Shown: piece after piece, positions 1 through 8,282 of the stretch
How positions within the stretch are numbered: position 1 is the stretch's first letter
Layout: the number at the start of each line of letters is the position of its first letter
NCBI GenBank assembly: GCA_009778475.1
Contig: WRJS01000001.1
Location: forward strand, 11,413-75,412
Source: Kiritimatiellota bacterium
Lineage (GTDB): Bacteria > Verrucomicrobiota > Kiritimatiellia > RFP12 > UBA1067
Direction: 5' to 3'
Length of the DNA: 64,000 nucleotides
The notes under the pieces: generated by a model
What the model saw: the letters and a program-made list of their open reading frames with translations, nothing else
What the model was told of the DNA's origin: nothing
The model's database searches: none
Made by a program: the position numbers and the translations under genes

Positions 1-2179
1 GCTGCCGGGCATCACGCCCGAGAAATATGAGGAGGCGGAGAAGAGCATCAGGAGCGCGGCCTTCCTGGAGTTCAAGCTCGTCCATGCCCAGAATGACAGG
101 CTGGTTGACAAGCTGCTCGCGTCGGGGCACGCCCCGGAGGGGTATATCCTGGACGGCCGCTCGTTCAGGCGCGGCCCGGATTACAAGGGGGTGTCGGAGG
201 CCCCGGACTATTTCAGCCGCCTCTCGCTCTTCGAGGTCCCGGACCCGCGCTATGCCTTCATGCTGGAGAAAGCCAGCGACGGCTCCTACAGCCCCATCTT
301 CGTCCTGCGCAAGGCGGAGCTGACGGGCGACGCGCTGTCGAGCGCGAGGGTCGAGCGGAATCAGATAACGGGCAAGCAGCACATTGCCCTGAACTTCAAC
401 GCCAAGGGCACGGCGGAGTTCGCGCGCGTGACGAAGGCGTACGCGCCGCGCGGCTCGAAAAACAAGGACAGCGACGTCGGCCGCCAGCTGGCCATCATCA
501 TGGACGACACCCTCTACTCCGCGCCGGTCATCAAGTCGGAGATCCCGAGCGGCCAGGCGCAGATCACAGGCAACTTCTCGCCCGCCGAGGCCAACCAGCT
601 GCGCAACATCCTCAACGCGGGCTCCCTGCCCGCGCCCATGAAGATCCTCGAGCAACGCTCCATCAGCCCCACGCTGGGGGAGGACGCCGTCAAACGCGCC
701 CTCAACGCCGGCCTGGTCGGCATCGTCATCATCATGGCGTTCATGCTGGCGTACTACACCTATTGCGGGCTTGTCGCGAACGTCGCGCTGGTCCTCAACC
801 TGCTGTTGCTGCCCGTGGGGCTGGTGTTCGCCTCGAACGTGCTGGGCGTGTTCGTCCCGGACTCCTCGGGCGGCGCGAGCAACCCCATGGCCCTGCCCGT
901 GCTGACCATGCCGGGCATCGCGGGCATCATGCTGACGATCGGCATGGCGGTTGACGCGAACGTGCTGATCTTCGAGCGCATCCGCGAGGAGTTCGCCACC
1001 GGCAAGTCCACCCGCACCGCCGTGGCGGCGGGCTATGACCGCGCGTTCCTCGCGATTTTCGACTCGAACATCACGACCCTGCTCACCGCGGCCATCCTCT
1101 TCATCTTCGGCGCGGGCCCCATCCGCGGCTACGCCATCATGCTCTCCGCCGGCATCCTCATCAGCATGTTCACCGCGCTGGTCGTCACGCGGCTGGTCTT
1201 CAACGCCACCGTCCCCGAGGCGAGCGTGAAGCCCTTCAAGATGTTCCAGATGATCAAGTCCCCCAGCTTCGACTTCATCAAGCCCGCGAAGCTCTGCATC
1301 ATCACGTCGGTCTCAATCGTCGTCATCACGTGCGCCATCTTCGCGGTGCGCGTGTTCAAGAACCCCTCCGACGTCATGGCCGTTGACTTCGTGGGCGGCG
1401 CGGCCGTCACCTATTCCTACAAGGAGAAGGCGAGCGACATCGAGATCAAGGCGATCGCCGAGAAAGCCGTCAACAACGATGCGACCGTCCAGTACCAGTC
1501 AACGCTGGACAGCTCGGGCGACCTGCTGCTCATCAAGACGAGCGTGGTCACCGTCGGCGACAGGAACAGCGCCGCCGTCATCCTTGATGCCCTGAACGAG
1601 AACTTCCCGCAATGCGCGTTCGCCATCACCGGCGACGACATCGTCGGCTCGGCCGTCGGGGACGACCTCAAGCGCGCCGCCACCCAGGCGGTCATCATCT
1701 CGCTCATCGGCATCCTGATCTACGTGTCCCTGCGCTTCGAGTTCGGCTTCGCGCTGGGCGCGGTCGCCGCGCTGGCGCACGACGCGCTCTTCACGTTCGG
1801 CGTTTACAGCCTCTTCGGCCGCCAGATGAGCCTGACCACCGTCGCCGCCCTGCTGACCATCGTCGGCTACTCCGTGAACAACACCATCGTCATCTTCGAC
1901 CGCATCCGCGAGACCCTGCGCAAGGACTTCAAGACGGACTTCAAGACGCTCTGCAACCAGGCGCTCAACGCGACGCTCAGCCGCACCATGCTGACCTCGC
2001 TGACGACCATCATGGCTGCGTTGTCGCTCTTCCTGTTCGGCGGCGTCGCCATCAGCGACTTCTCGTTCGCCATGCTGATCGGCCTGCTCGTCGGCACCTA
2101 CACGTCCCTCATCGTCGCGCCGACCGTCATGCTGGCGTGGTACAGCAAGCGCCGCCCCTTCGCCCCGAAAGACAAGTAA
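1..2179 (+). CDS. secDF: Protein translocase subunit SecDF (fused SecD-SecF), 5' end outside the window
   Basis: The frame stays open from position 2 (LPGITPEKYEEAEKSIRSAAFLEFKLVHAQNDRLV...). The SecD periplasmic and membrane region is followed by a SecF-like half (KPFKMFQMIKSPSFDFIKP...). TM-rich, 12-TM type architecture; stop TAA at 2177-2179. Confidence 0.9.
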   Translation, partial: LPGITPEKYEEAEKSIRSAAFLEFKLVHAQNDRLVDKLLASGHAPEGYILDGRSFRRGPDYKGVSEAPDYFSRLSLFEVPDPRYAFMLEKASDGSYSPIFVLRKAELTGDALSSARVERNQITGKQHIALNFNAKGTAEFARVTKAYAPRGSKNKDSDVGRQLAIIMDDTLYSAPVIKSEIPSGQAQITGNFSPAEANQLRNILNAGSLPAPMKILEQRSISPTLGEDAVKRALNAGLVGIVIIMAFMLAYYTYCGLVANVALVLNLLLLPVGLVFASNVLGVFVPDSSGGASNPMALPVLTMPGIAGIMLTIGMAVDANVLIFERIREEFATGKSTRTAVAAGYDRAFLAIFDSNITTLLTAAILFIFGAGPIRGYAIMLSAGILISMFTALVVTRLVFNATVPEASVKPFKMFQMIKSPSFDFIKPAKLCIITSVSIVVITCAIFAVRVFKNPSDVMAVDFVGGAAVTYSYKEKASDIEIKAIAEKAVNNDATVQYQSTLDSSGDLLLIKTSVVTVGDRNSAAVILDALNENFPQCAFAITGDDIVGSAVGDDLKRAATQAVIISLIGILIYVSLRFEFGFALGAVAALAHDALFTFGVYSLFGRQMSLTTVAALLTIVGYSVNNTIVIFDRIRETLRKDFKTDFKTLCNQALNATLSRTMLTSLTTIMAALSLFLFGGVAISDFSFAMLIGLLVGTYTSLIVAPTVMLAWYSKRRPFAPKDK

Positions 2180-2203
2180 CCCGCGCGGCGAAAAAAAACG
2201 AGG

Positions 2204-2236
2204 CCACCCGAGACATTTTCGGGTGGCTTTTGTTTT
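2204..2236 (+). terminator. Rho-independent terminator after secDF
   Basis: Perfect 8-bp stem ccacccga/tcgggtgg with a 7-nt loop, followed by cttttgtttt. Confidence 0.6.
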
Positions 2237-2298
2237 CGGGAACGGTTATACTGTCTGCGTTCATTGTGTTGGAACACCATTTGAAAAGGAACGCAACC

Positions 2299-3162
2299 AT
2301 GCAGACAAACCGCCGCTCGTTCATGCAGGCCGCCGCCGCCGCGGCAGCCGTCCTGCCCCTCGCCGCAACCGCGCAGGAGCAGCCGCCCAAGCTCAAAGGC
2401 CGCATCCGCCAGTCCACCACCATCTGGCCCCTCGGCAAGATGTCCACCGAAGAGCTCTGCAAGGCCGCCAAGGAGCTCGGCCTGCACGGCCTGGACCTCG
2501 TGGGCGACCGCAAGATGTGGCCCGTGCTGAAAGAACACGGCCTGGTCGCCACCATGGTCCCCGGCGCGGGCGGCATCAAGGACGGCCTCAACAACGCCGC
2601 CAAGCGCGACAACTGGCTCAACGAGTTCCGCAACAACATCCCCGCCGCCGCCGAGGCCGGCTGGAAGCGCGTCATCTGCCTCTCCGGCGACCGCGAGGGC
2701 ATCAGCGACGCCGACGGCATGGCCGCCTGCGTCTCCGTCCTCAAAGAGGCCGTCAAGATCGCCGACGACCACGACATCACCATCTGCATGGAGCTGCTCA
2801 ACAGCAAGGTTGACCACTTCAACTATATGTGCGACCACACCGCATGGGGCGTGGAGATGTGCAAGCGCGTCGAGTCCCCCCGCTGCAAGCTGCTCTACGA
2901 CATCTACCACATGCAGATCATGGAGGGCGACATCATCCGCACCATCCGCGACAACATCGACTACATCGGCCACTTCCACACCGCCGGCAACCCCGGCCGC
3001 AAGGACCTGGACGAAGACCAGGAGCTCTACTACCCCCCCATCATGCGCGCCATCGCGCAACTCTCCGACGAAGGCAAGTACACCGGCTACGTCGCCCACG
3101 AGTTCGGCCCGAAAAAAGGCCTCGAATCCCTGCGCAAGGCCATCCTGCTGTGTGATGTCTAA
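2299..3162 (+). CDS. Tat-exported sugar phosphate isomerase/epimerase (xylose isomerase-like TIM barrel; hydroxypyruvate-isomerase-like)
   Basis: Twin-arginine signal MQTNRRSFMQAAAAAAAVLPLAATAQ. The TIM-barrel body has conserved Glu/His/Asp-containing motifs (ICMELLN, HFHTAGNPGR, AHEFGP). The ORF-track start at 1612 is an Arg-rich artefact; the true ATG is 2299, preceded by aaaagga. Confidence 0.75.
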   Translation: MQTNRRSFMQAAAAAAAVLPLAATAQEQPPKLKGRIRQSTTIWPLGKMSTEELCKAAKELGLHGLDLVGDRKMWPVLKEHGLVATMVPGAGGIKDGLNNAAKRDNWLNEFRNNIPAAAEAGWKRVICLSGDREGISDADGMAACVSVLKEAVKIADDHDITICMELLNSKVDHFNYMCDHTAWGVEMCKRVESPRCKLLYDIYHMQIMEGDIIRTIRDNIDYIGHFHTAGNPGRKDLDEDQELYYPPIMRAIAQLSDEGKYTGYVAHEFGPKKGLESLRKAILLCDV

Positions 3163-3178
3163 CCGCTAACCACGAGCC

Positions 3179-4513
3179 ATGAAAATGAACCGCCGCACAT
3201 TCATCCAGACCGTCATCGCCGCATCCGCCGCGCCGACCGTCATCCCTGCCCGCGTGCTCGGGCAGGACGCGCCCAGCAAGCGCATCAACGTCGGCATGAT
3301 CGGCTGCGGCCGCCACGGCACCAGCCCCAACCTCGACCAGTTCCTGAAGATGGCGGACGTGTCCGTCATCGCCGTGTGCGACGTTGACCCGTGGCGCATG
3401 GACAACGCGCAGAAGAAAACCAACGACCACTACAAGACCAACGCCTGCAAGGCCTATCGCGACTTCCGCGAGCTCCTCCAGGACAAGGACATCGACGCGG
3501 TCATGGTCTCCACCTGCGACCACTGGCACATCCCCCACGCCCTCGCCGCCGTCCGCGCCGGCAAGGACGTCTCCGTCGAGAAGCCCATCGCCCTGAGCAT
3601 CCGGGAAGGCCGCCTCCTCGCCGACGAGGCCAAGCGCCTCGGCCGCGTCACGCGCAACGACAGCGAATGCCGCGGCGTCCACCAGATGGCGCTCGCCGCC
3701 GAGGCCGTGCTGAACGGCCGCATCGGCAAGCTGACGAAAGTTTATGTCACCGTCCCCGCGGGCGACGTGACCGCCCCGCCCGTCACAACCCCCGACCCCG
3801 TCCCCGACGGGTTCGACTACGACATGTGGCTCGGCCCCTGCCCTGAGGCCCCCTACATCCAGCGGCGCGTCCACGACCCCCAGAAATTCAACCGCCCCCA
3901 CTGGATGCGCGTGCTAGGCCACTGCGAGGGCATGGTCACCAACTGGGGCACGCACGTCAACGACGTCGCGCACATGGCCATGCGCATGGACGAGTCCGGC
4001 CCCGTCTGGGTCAAGGCCAAGACGTGGAAGCAGCCGCCCAGGGAGAACGTCTGGAACGTCCTGACCGACTTTGACATCGACTACCGCTACGCCAACGGCG
4101 TGGAGCTCAACTACAAGGTCGATCCCGCCAACCACGCCTACACGCGCTTCGAGGGCGAGGACGGCTGGGTGCAGGCCTCATTCAGCGGCCAGCCGAAAGA
4201 CACGCCCAACATCACCGCCTCCGCCCCCGACGTCCTGAAAGACTTGGACAAGGCCCCCGTCAGGCTCCCCCGCACCATCGACAAGCGCGACTTCATCGAC
4301 TGCGTGAAAAGCCGCGCCCGCACGATGCAGGACGCAGAGGTCGGGCGCCGCACCTGCGCCATGTGCCAGCTCGGCCACATCTCCATCCAGCTCGGCGGCC
4401 GCGAGGTCGTGTGGGACCCCGCCAAGGAGGTTTCCCCCGACCCCGACGTGAACAAGCTCACCGACCGCCCCCACTGGCGCGGCCACTGGCTCGACCCCAC
4501 CCCCCGCGCCTGA
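3179..4513 (+). CDS. Tat-exported Gfo/Idh/MocA family oxidoreductase
   Basis: Tat signal MKMNRRTFIQTVIAASAAPTVIPARVLGQ followed by a Rossmann motif GMIGCGRHG. The 16-bp gap to the upstream isomerase gene suggests a likely operon. Confidence 0.8.
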   Translation: MKMNRRTFIQTVIAASAAPTVIPARVLGQDAPSKRINVGMIGCGRHGTSPNLDQFLKMADVSVIAVCDVDPWRMDNAQKKTNDHYKTNACKAYRDFRELLQDKDIDAVMVSTCDHWHIPHALAAVRAGKDVSVEKPIALSIREGRLLADEAKRLGRVTRNDSECRGVHQMALAAEAVLNGRIGKLTKVYVTVPAGDVTAPPVTTPDPVPDGFDYDMWLGPCPEAPYIQRRVHDPQKFNRPHWMRVLGHCEGMVTNWGTHVNDVAHMAMRMDESGPVWVKAKTWKQPPRENVWNVLTDFDIDYRYANGVELNYKVDPANHAYTRFEGEDGWVQASFSGQPKDTPNITASAPDVLKDLDKAPVRLPRTIDKRDFIDCVKSRARTMQDAEVGRRTCAMCQLGHISIQLGGREVVWDPAKEVSPDPDVNKLTDRPHWRGHWLDPTPRA

Positions 4514-4655
4514 TTGAGGGCGAACGACAGATGGAGGGCGAGCGTCCTCGCGAGCCGCAATGTGCCTAACGGCTCGCGAGGACGCTCGCCCTCCATGTGT
4601 GTTAACGGCTCGCGGGGACGCTCGCCCTCCATGTGTCGCTCGCCCTCCATCGTGA
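4514..4655. repeat. REP-like palindromic repeat cluster (family A: atggagggcgagcgtcctcgcgagccg and inverse copies)
   Basis: atggagggcgagcgtcctcgcgagccg (4531-4557) is followed by two reverse-complement copies cggctcgc(g/g)ggacgctcgccctccat (4571-4597, 4607-4633) and a third partial copy. The same motif recurs at 22606-22704 and 28029-28204. Confidence 0.6.
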
Positions 4656-4768
4656 AATCGGGTTCAAACCCCGACGCGGCGCCAGTCCACGGAACCCTAC
4701 GGCCGCGCTGGCGCAAGCGTGCGGGATGCGGGGGTAGCCAACGTAAGGTTAAATGACGGTAACGGGTT

Positions 4769-6037
4769 TTATGAGTCGTCCCCGTCCTCAATGTCAACGA
4801 TCTTCCCGTCAAACGCCTCGATGACCTGCTTCAGCATGGGGTCGTCGGTCAGGCTCGTGGAGACGGCCTTGGCCTTGGGTGCGGGCGGCGGCTCGGAGGC
4901 GCGTATCGCGTGGAGGCGTTTGAGGATGTCCTCCAGCGAGACCGCCTGCGCGATGCGTGCGCAACGGATGAGCGTCATCTCGATGAGCGTGCGGACGGAG
5001 AGCGCATAGCGCAGGCGCCCCTCCATGTCTGCCAGCTGGTCCGCGATCTGCGTGACCCGCGACGCGTCGGCGAGGTCCGCCTGCGCCGCAAGCGTCTTGA
5101 TCTGCTCGGGCGTGGCATCGAGGCTCTTCATGCTCTCGCTCCCCACATACTGGTAGATCAGCAGGTTGCGGAAATGCTCCATGAGCTCGACGGTCAGGCG
5201 GCGCATGTCCTTGCCGGAGCTGTCGAACGCATTCACCAGCTTGAGGATATCCGGCATATCGCCTTGCAGCACCGCCGTCGCCAGCCCCTCCAGCGCCTTG
5301 CGCGAGACGAGCCCGAACACCGCCAGCACGTCGTCCTCCGTCAGCGAGTCCCCCTTGAACGAGATGAGCTGGTCGAGCGACGAGAGCGCGTCGCGCATAC
5401 CGCCCTCCGCGCCGCGCGCGACGGCCAGCAGCGCGTCGTCGTCAATCGTGATGCGCTCGTAGCCGCAGATGGCGCGCAGGCGCTCGACGATGAGCGGCGT
5501 CTGGATACGGCGCAAATCGAAACGCTGGCAGCGCGAGATGATGGTGGGCAGCACCTTGTCGCCCTCGGTCGTCGCGAAGATGAACTTGATGTGCGGCGGC
5601 GGCTCCTCCAGCGTCTTCAGCAGCGCGTTGAACGCCGCGGTCGAGAGCATGTGGACCTCGTCGATGATAAAGATTTTGAAATGGCCCCGCGCCGGGGCGA
5701 ACTGCACCTGATCGCGCAGGTCGCGCACCTGGTCCACGCCGTTGTTGGACGCGCCGTCGATCTCCAGCACGTCCAGCGCGTTGCCCGCCGTGATCTCCCG
5801 GCACATCGTGCACTCGCAGCACGGGGTCGGCGTGGGACCCTTCTCGCAGTTGAGCGCCTTGGCGAAGATACGCGCCAGCGACGTCTTGCCGATGCCGCGC
5901 GGGCCGACGAACAAATACGCATGCGCCACGCGGCTGATCTCAATCGCGTTCTTCAAGGTGCGGGTCACATGCTCCTGCCCCACCACGTCCTCAAAATGCT
6001 TGGGACGCCATTTCCGCGCTAAAACTTCGTATGCCAT
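4769..6037 (-). CDS. dnaX: DNA polymerase III subunit gamma/tau (compact form, 422 aa)
   Basis: MAYEVLARKWRPKHFEDVVGQEH...; Walker A GPRGIGKTS; zinc module CCECTMC; SRC motif IISRCQRF. Confidence 0.9.
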   Translation of the reverse strand: MAYEVLARKWRPKHFEDVVGQEHVTRTLKNAIEISRVAHAYLFVGPRGIGKTSLARIFAKALNCEKGPTPTPCCECTMCREITAGNALDVLEIDGASNNGVDQVRDLRDQVQFAPARGHFKIFIIDEVHMLSTAAFNALLKTLEEPPPHIKFIFATTEGDKVLPTIISRCQRFDLRRIQTPLIVERLRAICGYERITIDDDALLAVARGAEGGMRDALSSLDQLISFKGDSLTEDDVLAVFGLVSRKALEGLATAVLQGDMPDILKLVNAFDSSGKDMRRLTVELMEHFRNLLIYQYVGSESMKSLDATPEQIKTLAAQADLADASRVTQIADQLADMEGRLRYALSVRTLIEMTLIRCARIAQAVSLEDILKRLHAIRASEPPPAPKAKAVSTSLTDDPMLKQVIEAFDGKIVDIEDGDDS

Positions 6038-6266
6038 AACGGGGGTATCATATCATTTTCCCTTGCCCGACTTCCACCAAAATCTTCAGCTTTTTGAGCG
6101 CGGCGAGCGTTGTCGTGTTGCGTCAAATAAAAACGACGCTGAAGCAGGGTGATTGTTTTTGGCGGGAGGGGGGTGAAGGGTGATGGCGGGACGCCGCTTC
6201 GGGGAGGGCGGCCTGAGCGCGTGCTTGCGCGTCACCCCCGTCCGTCGCCTTAATCCCTAATTTCTA

Positions 6267-6295
6267 ATTGACATGGGACAGAAGATGTCGTATCA
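6267..6295 (+). promoter_or_regulatory. Sigma70-like promoter (TTGACA-17-TATCAT) for the 6369 gene
   Basis: TTGACA at 6267-6272, 17-nt spacer, TATCAT at 6290-6295. GGAGG RBS at 6357-6361 before the ATG at 6369. Confidence 0.5.
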
Positions 6296-6368
6296 TATCT
6301 CTCTTTAACTGGGGATAGGCGCATGAAGTGTGTGTCGTGCGTTTGCTCCCCCAAACGGAGGTCAGGAA

Positions 6369-8261
6369 ATGGAATACACAACACGCAAGACTCGCGCAAG
6401 GCGGTTTGCGGGCTTCGGGGTTATCCCGGCAGCCCTATTGGCGTTCATATATGCGACGGGCGCGTACGCGCAAGTGCCCATCATCGCTGGCGAATTCGCG
6501 ACGACCGTCAGCACGAACCTCGGTTATGTCGGGCTGGGGCAGGACCTGACGATTGACCCGGTTTACCTCCCTGAAGCCGCGATAACGACCACGCCGTTCA
6601 CCTACAAGTTGACGGACGGCCGCCTGCCCGCGGATTTGGAGATGCGTCTGACCTATACGGGGACGGCCCCCCATTTCAAGGCGGCCGGTCTCCTGAGAGG
6701 CACGGTCAGCGTTTATGCCGAGCCGGGGGAATACCCCTTCGAAATAACGATTTCGGTGGACTACAAAGACAACGGCACGAACGCGACGGTGACGCTGTCG
6801 CGCTGGTTCGTGCTGACCGTCGTGTCGCAAGCCTACAAGGTGACGCTGGAGCGCAACTGGGGCGTGGGTGGACCCGCGAGCGTGAGCGCGGCCTACGGTT
6901 TCCTGCTGCCGGAGGGGCAGATTGCGCCGGTACGGTCGGGCTATGCGTTCGCAGGCTATTTTGAGCAGAACGGCGGGATCGGCACGCAGTATTACTCTGT
7001 CGCGATGGAGCCTATGGCGGCGTGGGACGTCAGCGGCAACGGGACGATTTACGCCTACTGGGTTCCGGAGGGCTACACCGAGCTGCGCTTCAACAACGGC
7101 GATGCCTCGGGCGGCCAGACGGCCAACGTGATGGCGCAATACGGAATGCCCCTGCCCGAATTGAGCGTGCTTCCGCCGACGCGCCCCGAACAGCTCGTGG
7201 GCTACGGCTTCATCGGTTACTGGGATGAGGAAGGTGCCGGCACGATGTACTACGGCCCTGACATGACGGCAGCCCAGCCGTCCTGGATGAGGACCGACCC
7301 CATTGTCGAACTCTATGCGCGGTGGGGTATCGCCCCGATTTCGGGCGGCGCGTTCGGCGGCTTCGACGGCGGCAGCACCAACGACCTCGGCACCGTCATC
7401 CGCGACCAGCCCGTGCAGTTTGACCTCGGCGGCGCAGAGGCCGCAGGTGCGGAAATCACGTATGCGATAACCGACGGCGCACTGCCGGACGGCCTGTACC
7501 TTGACCCGGTCACGGGTGAGGTGCTTGGCACAGTCTCGGGCGACGCGGCCGCTGGCGCCTACACGTTCGAGGTCACCGCCACGGCCAGCAACGGCGCGGA
7601 CCCCGCCGCGAAAAGCTTCAGCATCACCGTGGCGGACACGCTCACCCTCGTTGACTCCATCCCCGCAGGCGAGACCGACGTCCTGATCGGCACCTTCATC
7701 CCGCCCTACGGCTCGGGCGTGGCTTTGCCGGAGCCCGACCTCACGAACTGCACGGTCACCGTCCTCATCGAGGGCAACGGCTTGCCGTCCGGCGGTGCCA
7801 CCCTCGCAGGCCACATGGACGAAGACGGCAACGTCTATCTCGACGGCACCCTCGTTGACGGCCCCCCCCTGCCCTGCGGCGACTATACCGTCACGGTCAT
7901 CGTCGATGCGCAAGACTGTCTGGGAGAGACCTACGAGGCAAGCGGGCCGCTCTCCATTTACGACCCTGCCCCTGGCGGCGATGGCTCGGCGTACATCTCC
8001 GCCATCCGCGTTGTCGCCGAAGCGGGGACCGGGGCGAAAATGATCGAGATTGAAACGGAGGATTGCGGTAACCCCGCCAAGGAGTACGCGCTCTTCGGGC
8101 ACCACGAGGAAATCAGCCGCAACCTCGGCAGCGGCAGCCTCAACGCGGAAGTCGTGCCTGCCGGTCGCCAGTTCGGCAACGCCGCCACCGGTCATCTCCT
8201 CTTCCGTTTCCCGAAGCCCGGCTACGACCACTTCTTCTTCCACGTCCGCCAGATTGACTGA
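6369..8261 (+). CDS. Secreted repeat protein with Listeria/Bacteroides (Flg_new)-type repeats and putative Ig (He_PIG-like) domains
   Basis: Signal peptide MEYTTRKTRARRFAGFGVIPAALLAFIYATGAYAQ. Repeated GY(A/G)F.GY(F/W) motifs (GYAFAGYFEQNGG, GYGFIGYWDEEG) and an ITYAITDGALPDGLYLDPVTGEVLGTVSG Ig-like repeat. Confidence 0.6.
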   Translation: MEYTTRKTRARRFAGFGVIPAALLAFIYATGAYAQVPIIAGEFATTVSTNLGYVGLGQDLTIDPVYLPEAAITTTPFTYKLTDGRLPADLEMRLTYTGTAPHFKAAGLLRGTVSVYAEPGEYPFEITISVDYKDNGTNATVTLSRWFVLTVVSQAYKVTLERNWGVGGPASVSAAYGFLLPEGQIAPVRSGYAFAGYFEQNGGIGTQYYSVAMEPMAAWDVSGNGTIYAYWVPEGYTELRFNNGDASGGQTANVMAQYGMPLPELSVLPPTRPEQLVGYGFIGYWDEEGAGTMYYGPDMTAAQPSWMRTDPIVELYARWGIAPISGGAFGGFDGGSTNDLGTVIRDQPVQFDLGGAEAAGAEITYAITDGALPDGLYLDPVTGEVLGTVSGDAAAGAYTFEVTATASNGADPAAKSFSITVADTLTLVDSIPAGETDVLIGTFIPPYGSGVALPEPDLTNCTVTVLIEGNGLPSGGATLAGHMDEDGNVYLDGTLVDGPPLPCGDYTVTVIVDAQDCLGETYEASGPLSIYDPAPGGDGSAYISAIRVVAEAGTGAKMIEIETEDCGNPAKEYALFGHHEEISRNLGSGSLNAEVVPAGRQFGNAATGHLLFRFPKPGYDHFFFHVRQID

Positions 8262-8282
8262 CCCATCCCGCCTCTTTGGCCA

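Noticed and set aside
1612-3162. 516-aa ORF start at 1612
   Set aside because: The upstream 229 codons are an RRHRR-rich alternate frame overlapping secDF. The true start is the Tat-signal Met at 2299, after the secDF terminator.
4769-6037. Programmed -1 frameshift (tau/gamma) in dnaX
   Set aside because: No A-AAA-AAG type slippery heptamer was seen on the coding strand. The protein is a single compact 422-aa product ending in an IEAFDGKIV-type C-terminal motif.
6038-6330. SRP RNA (ffs), often found adjacent to dnaX
   Set aside because: No match on either strand to the conserved domain IV motif (…GGUGCUGUUU…AGGUCAGGUCCGGAAGGAAGCAGCC…).
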